A stretch of 61,479 bases of DNA, filler included, from Catajapyx aquilonaris (Eukaryota): assembly GCA_000934665.2 (NCBI GenBank). It is 3 parts of 3 records of this genome, joined end to end, with 100 filler letters (N's around TTAATTAATTAA, not from the genome) between each part and the next. Parts side by side here need not be neighbours in the genome. Positions count along the whole stretch, not along the records: positions 40,967 to 61,479 come from KZ539507.1; 2 more parts are not named here. The stretch is one strand, 5' to 3'. The notes below the pieces were generated by a model. It had not been told where the DNA came from, did not search any database, and was given only the letters and a program-made list of their open reading frames with translations. Numbering within the stretch: the stretch's first letter is position 1; each line of letters begins with the position of its first letter. A program made the translations under genes and the position numbers. Below are positions 55,775-61,479 of the stretch, in pieces.

Positions 55775-58700
55775 NNNNNNNNNNNNNNNNNNNNNNNNAT
55801 TCCCGCGTCTCTCTGTTTTGGTGCTTTGCCAAGGCTGGCGGCCATTTTGAAACGGGGGCAACGCCAACGAGGTATAAATAGGGTACAGGCAGGCCGTAAA
55901 GGTCCGCCATCTTTGATGGATTTGGTCGCCATGTCACTACACTGCCGTATGAGCTCCTTGCACTTTTCTACGTATTAATTCCGTAAGTACGGGAAAAATA
56001 TTTAAATTCGCGTGTGTTCTTGCCGTGTAGTGCCGTGGCTACCAAAAACCATCAAAGATGGCGGACCTTTACGGCCTGCCTGTACCCTATTTATACCCCG
56101 CGTTGGCGTTGCCCCCGTTTCAAAATGGCCGCCAGCCTTGGCAACGGCCCCAAACAGAGAGACGCAGACATCAAAGGCGCCGACCGAAGTTTGCGCCTCT
56201 TATATGTAGTATATGCTCTCTCTGTTTGGAGCGTTTCCAAGGCTGCAAAACGGGGGCAACGACCGCGACCCCGTTGGCGTTGCCCCCGTTTCAAAATGGC
56301 CGCCAGCCTTGGCAACGCTCCAAACAGAGAGACGCGGGAATCGAATGTTTGCGCCTCTTATGTAGTATATGCTCCCTGACCTGGCTATCACTTTATTGCC
56401 AAACCATTTCTGAGAGGAAGAAAAAGTTGAGAGAACACTCACCATCCCTTGGCATATGCCCATTCCTTCGGGAAGACCTTCCAAAACGGGTTCCTCTTCC
56501 GAGCCTTTGTCGCTTTCCTGCGAACAAATCCGGGTCTCAAAATGGCGTTCAAAATATTAGTTCTGAACCACAGTTTATATACCTTCTTGACGAGATTCTT
56601 CGCCAAGCTTCCGGTCAGCTTCCTCAGCTTTTTGAAGGCTGCAGGTATCCGGGACGCCAGCTGGTCGTGCAGCTGTCTGATCTGCTCTTGGCTTAGCCCG
56701 GACAACCGGTTGAATATGGCGTCTACCAGGGTGCCACAGTCGCAGGTCGGAGGGCAGCCGCAGTTGATGGCGGCCTGTCTGGCCCTCTCGCAACCTTCCA
56801 CTGTTGGCGGAGGGGGCGGCTTCTTCAGGTAGGATCGAGGCAGCTTCCTCTTCATGTACGGGTGGCCTTTGAAAGGCTCCTTACTTACTTCCGCGACCAA
56901 CTCGGCCCCTGCGTCCGGCTCCGCCTCGAAGTACTCCACGACATCTGACACCGAACCACCACTGATTGACAGCAGGTCAGAGATGACGGCTGGCAACGAC
57001 GCAGATGGCGGACGAGACAAAGGAACCATTTGCGAGCCAGATGAAGGCAGTGAGGCCGATGGTGCTCGAGGCATAGGAGCCATATTCAGATCCGAACCAG
57101 TTGGGGATAGAGCCCTATATAGACATCAAGGAAGATTGAGAAGAAGAAAAAAAAAATCATGCGAGCGTGATTCGAGTAGACTTTTTCTCATTGGGTAGCG
57201 GGGAATGAGGCTGTTTTTGCCCTACACTCTAAGAAATGTCCGGGTTAAATGTATTTATCCCGGAAAAAAGATCACTTTTGTCATGGTTATTTAACCCGGA
57301 CATTTCTTAGTCATGGTTATTTAACCCGGACACTTGTTAGAGTGTATACACTCTAAGAAATGTCCGGGTTAAACAACCATGACCAAGAAATGTCCGGGTT
57401 AAATAACCATGACAAAGAAATGTCCGGGTTAAATAACCATGACGAAAGTGATCTTTTTCCGGGATAAATACATTTAACCCGGACATTTCTTAGAGTGTAT
57501 CCATGGTTTTTTTTCTGATGAGAAAAAAGTCTGAATATCACACGTGCGATCTATCAGACGGATCAAAACCTATACTTTTGTGACTCGTCATCCTGTTCCG
57601 CATCAGCTGATGCTGGATCCGAAGTCTCATCTGGAGACGGCTGTTCGAACTGTTTCTCATCCTGGGAAAAGGACGCGACCTCAGGTTCAACCGGTTCAAC
57701 TGATGCCAGTGAAGAGGTTTCCACGTTGGGAGATCCGACGATTGATCCTGTCTCGGAGGCTGCGCTCTCAGGTTCGGGCTTGATGGCCGTCAGCGAGCCT
57801 TCATCTGCTGGATTGGGATCTGTACAGGAGTTAACAAGATGAGATTTATTCCTGTAATGCACATTTGGCCAGAATATCACTAGGCAACACGGCAAAGCAA
57901 AATCTACTCAATGTGCAATAATTGTCTCTTGTTACAAATATGAGAGCATTGGCCCATATAAATGTGATTGTAGACACCTCCAGCTAGGTATGTTATTATA
58001 GACTAACATGTAGAATTCTGACCAAAAATATTTGGATTATTTTCATGACATGCGAAACATATACGATATGATTGTACAGAGTAAATAGAGTGGTGTTATT
58101 ACCTAATGCTGGTTCCGACATGACTTGGAAATTTTGACGTGTCACGAAGCAGGGAATAATTTTTTTCCGGGAGTTTTTAAAAAATACAACCGGTTCGTAC
58201 AAGAATTTTGAGCAACCTGGTTTGTCTCATTCCTTGGAAACGGAGCAACAATAATTTCTAACATTACACAACAGATAATTTTTTTTAACAATTCTAGCAA
58301 ATTGATATGTTTATTAATTATATTTTCAGTGCATGTTGCAGTGCATTCTGGATGAAGGAGATGCGGTGAGTGTCATATGTAATTATTCACATTTTAATGC
58401 ATTATTGATGTAAGCACTTTTTTTTTTCCAGCTGGACACAGATGGGTGGCCAGTGTCCCAAAAAGTTGTGGACATGTTTCTTCCATTAGTCGAGTACTCA
58501 GTAATTAGGAACGTCACCAAGAAAGCGTACGACTCTTGCATTGCTCGAGGTCAGCATTTCACGCCTTACACAACGACATAATATTTTATTACTAATTAAT
58601 TATTATTCATATTTTAATTTGTGCAGCAAAAATGGCTGATTTGGATGATGTCACTGTGTGCGATCAGCTAGAACATATCTACAACTGTGCAACTGATATT

Positions 58701-59054
58701 GTTGAAGAGGTATTACACATATTACATTCAAGAGTGGGCAGAATTCTGAATAATTGTTCACCCCAGCAATCAACTCAAATAACTATTTTTTTACTGTAAC
58801 AATTCGCTCATTGCTTTATTGCTGGTTGCTGAGCAAGTTGCTGAGGTATTACTTGCTGTGTCATACAACTCAATATTTGCAGTAATTTTTTATAAAAAAA
58901 ATATACACGTAACAGTTGGAAAGTGAATACTTAATAATAAACAGCTTAGTGCCAAAAATAGCTAATAGTTGCAGATACTGATATTGGAACATAAATGGAT
59001 ATCTAACAAATATTATTAATTATTTTGCAGGAGTGCATCAAGGTTCGGAATTAG
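54904..59054 (+). CDS. Short OBP-like protein F, ~142 aa. Exons: 54904-54981, 55056-55145, 58330-58365, 58432-58549, 58627-58709, 59031-59054
   Basis: Signal-like MAQVASLLLLSAIACLVAA; CPVP, MHC, CMLQCILDEGDALDTDGWP, DSC, TVC-x8-C-x8-C. Exon sizes 36/118/83 match gene G. Joining across the 3.2-kb intron 2 is inferred from paralogue structure. Confidence 0.75.
55799..56378. mobile_element. MITE family 1, rearranged composite copy (left end lost in the N gap)
   Basis: Repeated cgttggcgttgccccc...aatggccgccagccttggcaacg arms in both orientations; ends with TATGCTCCCTG. Confidence 0.8.
56439..58121 (-). CDS. Nested antisense gene of unknown function, ~312 aa. Exons: 58121-58103, 57819-57576, 57114-56439
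   Basis: ATG exon MSEPAL+G (phase 1) fits the acceptor at 57820; the phase-2 donor fits the acceptor at 57115. Acidic Ser/Pro-rich N-terminus, Cys cluster CERARQAAINCGCPPTCDC, basic C-terminus. Confidence 0.65.
57225..57497. mobile_element. Two adjacent MITE family 2 copies (57225-57344 and 57349-57497), each flanked by TA
   Basis: TA-CACTCTAAG...TTAGAGTG-TA-TA-CACTCTAAG...CTTAGAGTG-TA. Confidence 0.85.
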
Positions 59055-59218
59055 CCAATAGAGTACACTGTATCATGCGAAGTGAACAATAAAAAATTGA
59101 ACTTGTATCAAACTGGATGACGCAATGAATTAATCTGTTTAGGGAAAAAAACGTTTCCTGTTACATCCTATACCATCCAGCTAGGCTTTATATTTTTAAT
59201 ATTTATCGTCCTAACGGA

Positions 59219-60499
59219 ATGGATGCGTCCACAGCAAAGACTCTCTTGCACCTGGGAATCCTCTGCAACTTGGCGGTGTACGGACAGGTAAAAGAGTCTT
59301 GCTGTCTTCACATATCGCAAAAAGTCACTTCGCCAAAAAAATTATATTTTTTGCAGAAGCAACTTTGCCTTGTTCCCAACTCACCTACGCCAGAGTTCGA
59401 GGAGGTGCTGACTTTTTGCGAAAATGGAGTTAAGGATGGCACGATAGACGTAAGATTATAACCACCCCACCCTATGTCACGTACTGTCACAATAGTTTAA
59501 ACTGCTTTTGACTGTATATTGTTAATTGTTCAATAATTACAGTGTGACATCGAGTGCGTCATGGAACAGACAGGTGTGGTAAGTTATGATGTTTCTTGGA
59601 TCGCCTGCCTGACAGCCAAAAACTTTTACCGCCAACACACATTTTCCTTTACCGCCAATTCCCCTGACAACCAATTCCCTTTACAGCAGAAAAACCCCTG
59701 ACAGCCAAAAATCTTTTACCGCCAATTCCCTGACAGCTTCTCCTGATGGTATAAATATTTTTTAAATATTAAATAAAAATTAGAAAAATACAGTAATATG
59801 TAATTAACGGAAATAAATAAATAATCAAATGATTAAATGTATAAATAGGAGCTAGACAGCTTCCTTTTGTTTTGATTCGTCTTATCACCGTTGGGGGCAG
59901 CTAATATGTTGTAAGGGTTGGAAATAACGCAATATTATTCCAGATTGATGAGGATGGATGGCCTGATGGTAAATTAGTGGCGGACGTGCTGACGCCTGGT
60001 GATAAATACATCACGTTTAAAAACGTCGTAACTACAAGCCTTGATGACTGCACGCAACAAGGTACTTATAATATTATTATTTGACATTCTCCAGGTATGT
60101 GTCTAATTAATATTTATGTACCGGCAGGTAAGGATCACAAAGAGTTTGAGGGTGGAAACTGCGAGAGGCTATCATGGATCGACGAGTGTTTCTCGGATCT
60201 AGTCACACAAGTACGTGTACCGGCACTTCACTAAGGTCATGTCACATGACTGTTGAAATAAAATAAAATGAATTATTAATTAATTAAAATATTTTGATAA
60301 TTTGGTTTATAAAGATACATTCCGAAGTTGCTTGTCCATGACGATTACACAGCAAGAAAATAGCAAAAAAAATCGTTGCTGACAAGTCGAATCGAGTCAT
60401 AAAATCTTTTTAAAGTCATTAGACATAAAAAAGTGATATAACTTAATTTTATCTATTTTTTTCCAGAATTGCGAGTTCCAGGTAGACGACAGCGAATGA
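59219..60499 (+). CDS. Short OBP-like protein G, ~143 aa. Exons: 59219-59287, 59357-59449, 59543-59578, 59944-60061, 60128-60210, 60467-60499
   Basis: Signal-like MDASTAKTLLHLGILCNLAVYG; CLVP, TFC, CDIECVMEQTGVIDEDGWPD (OBP-type C2-x3-C3...G-x2-D-x-DG), DDC, GNC-x8-C-x8-C. Confidence 0.83.
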
Positions 60500-60757
60500 C
60501 ACTTCAAACATTGCATTAAGTTATTCCCCACCCAACTCAGCTGTACTTATCAAACAAATAATAAAAATTACACCACACACAATAAGTCTTTTGAATTTCG
60601 CCCAGTATGTGTACCGAGACCGGAAGTTGCATCATTGAAGAGAAGATAAAGAGTTGGACACAAACAGGACGCTGCAACCAGCGATTACTTATGGTTCGAT
60701 TCCTGAACATCACGTAACCATATCTTGTAAAACCACAGTTCCCTTCCAGGTTCCAAG

Positions 60758-61345
60758 ATGGCAACCACCTTCATGCTTCTTCCCTTGCTGATGCTGGCCA
60801 CTGCAGTAAGTTAATTAGTCCAATGTAAAATGAAATAATTAGCACAAAAATGCGTAATGCTGAAACTGGATGGAATTATATCGCTATCTTGTTTCCCATT
60901 CTTACAATTATTTGCCTCAACTTGGCTTCTGCCTAATTAACTAATTGCGATCATCTCTGATATAATTGCTCAGAGGGCAGATGGCAGCTGCTTCGTTCCG
61001 GACACGCTCCCAGAGACACTCAAGTTGTCCACAATTTCCTGCATCAACCAGCACGAGGAGCACGATCCACAAGTGAGAAATAATGAGTAATTAGCCAGCA
61101 ATTTGCATGATATAGGCCTACATGTCAAGTGTCAGTCAGTGTCATAATATTTGACAGCATGAAATAATGTGTTGCGTAACCAATTAATCTGGCCATCATG
61201 GTGCAGAAGCAAGATATCATTACGTCATGAAATGATTTATTAAACAGAAATGTTGAAAATCAATTATAATGGTGGTATAATTTACTAACTAAACTCCTCT
61301 TTGTTTCAGTGTTTTACCAAGTGCGTGTTAGAAGATATGGGAACT
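60758..61345 (+). CDS. Short OBP-like protein H (3' partial). Exons: 60758-60805, 60974-61072, 61310-61345
   Basis: Signal-like MATTFMLLPLLMLATARA; CFVP, ISC, 36-nt exon CFTKCVLEDMGT. Runs off the window end. Confidence 0.75.
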
Positions 61346-61479
61346 GTAAGTAGCCTACACTAGCTCATCAATATACTGATGTTACAATGGGGAACTAGCC
61401 TTGGTCTGGGATTTGGGATTTTTGTTCATAACTAGCTAGCCCATGCCCGTAAACATACATTCCATCACTCTGTTGCATC

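Noticed and set aside
55734..55798. Poly-Pro/poly-Gly ORFs (similar run at ~19098-19141)
   Set aside because: Homopolymer runs abutting N gaps; likely assembly breakpoints.
53327..56696. Mutually similar ORFs (WRCPxFKMAASLG...)
   Set aside because: Translations of MITE family 1 arms; no transposase motifs.

Overview
Eukaryotic (arthropod-like) genomic DNA with compact GT-AG introns, mostly 50-60 nt. The window is three scaffolds joined by identical artificial 100-nt spacers (N44-TTAATTAATTAA-N44 at 20384-20483 and 40867-40966), so adjacency across the spacers is not biological. Shared repeats suggest all three come from one genome. Segment 1 (1-20383) is mostly AT-rich satellite/minisatellite DNA built on ATATCG/ATCGAT, GTGGAAA and TTAG cores, with one candidate exon. 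Segment 2 (20484-40866) carries GDP-mannose 4,6-dehydratase, a villin/advillin, an acidic orphan gene and Rho kinase. Segment 3 (40967-61479) is a head-to-tail array of eight secreted cysteine-rich genes with an odorant-binding-protein (OBP, Plus-C-like) cysteine skeleton, all sharing a 36-nt C-x3-C exon. Three are short (~142 aa, 8 Cys). Five are long (276-617 aa, 10 Cys) and carry amphipathic helical inserts placed right after furin-type R-x-K/R-R sites between C1 and C2; this is the most novel-looking signal. The array also shows apparent gene conversion, stepwise intron differences, an antisense gene nested in one intron, and several MITE families. All gene models were spliced by hand; no database searches were run.
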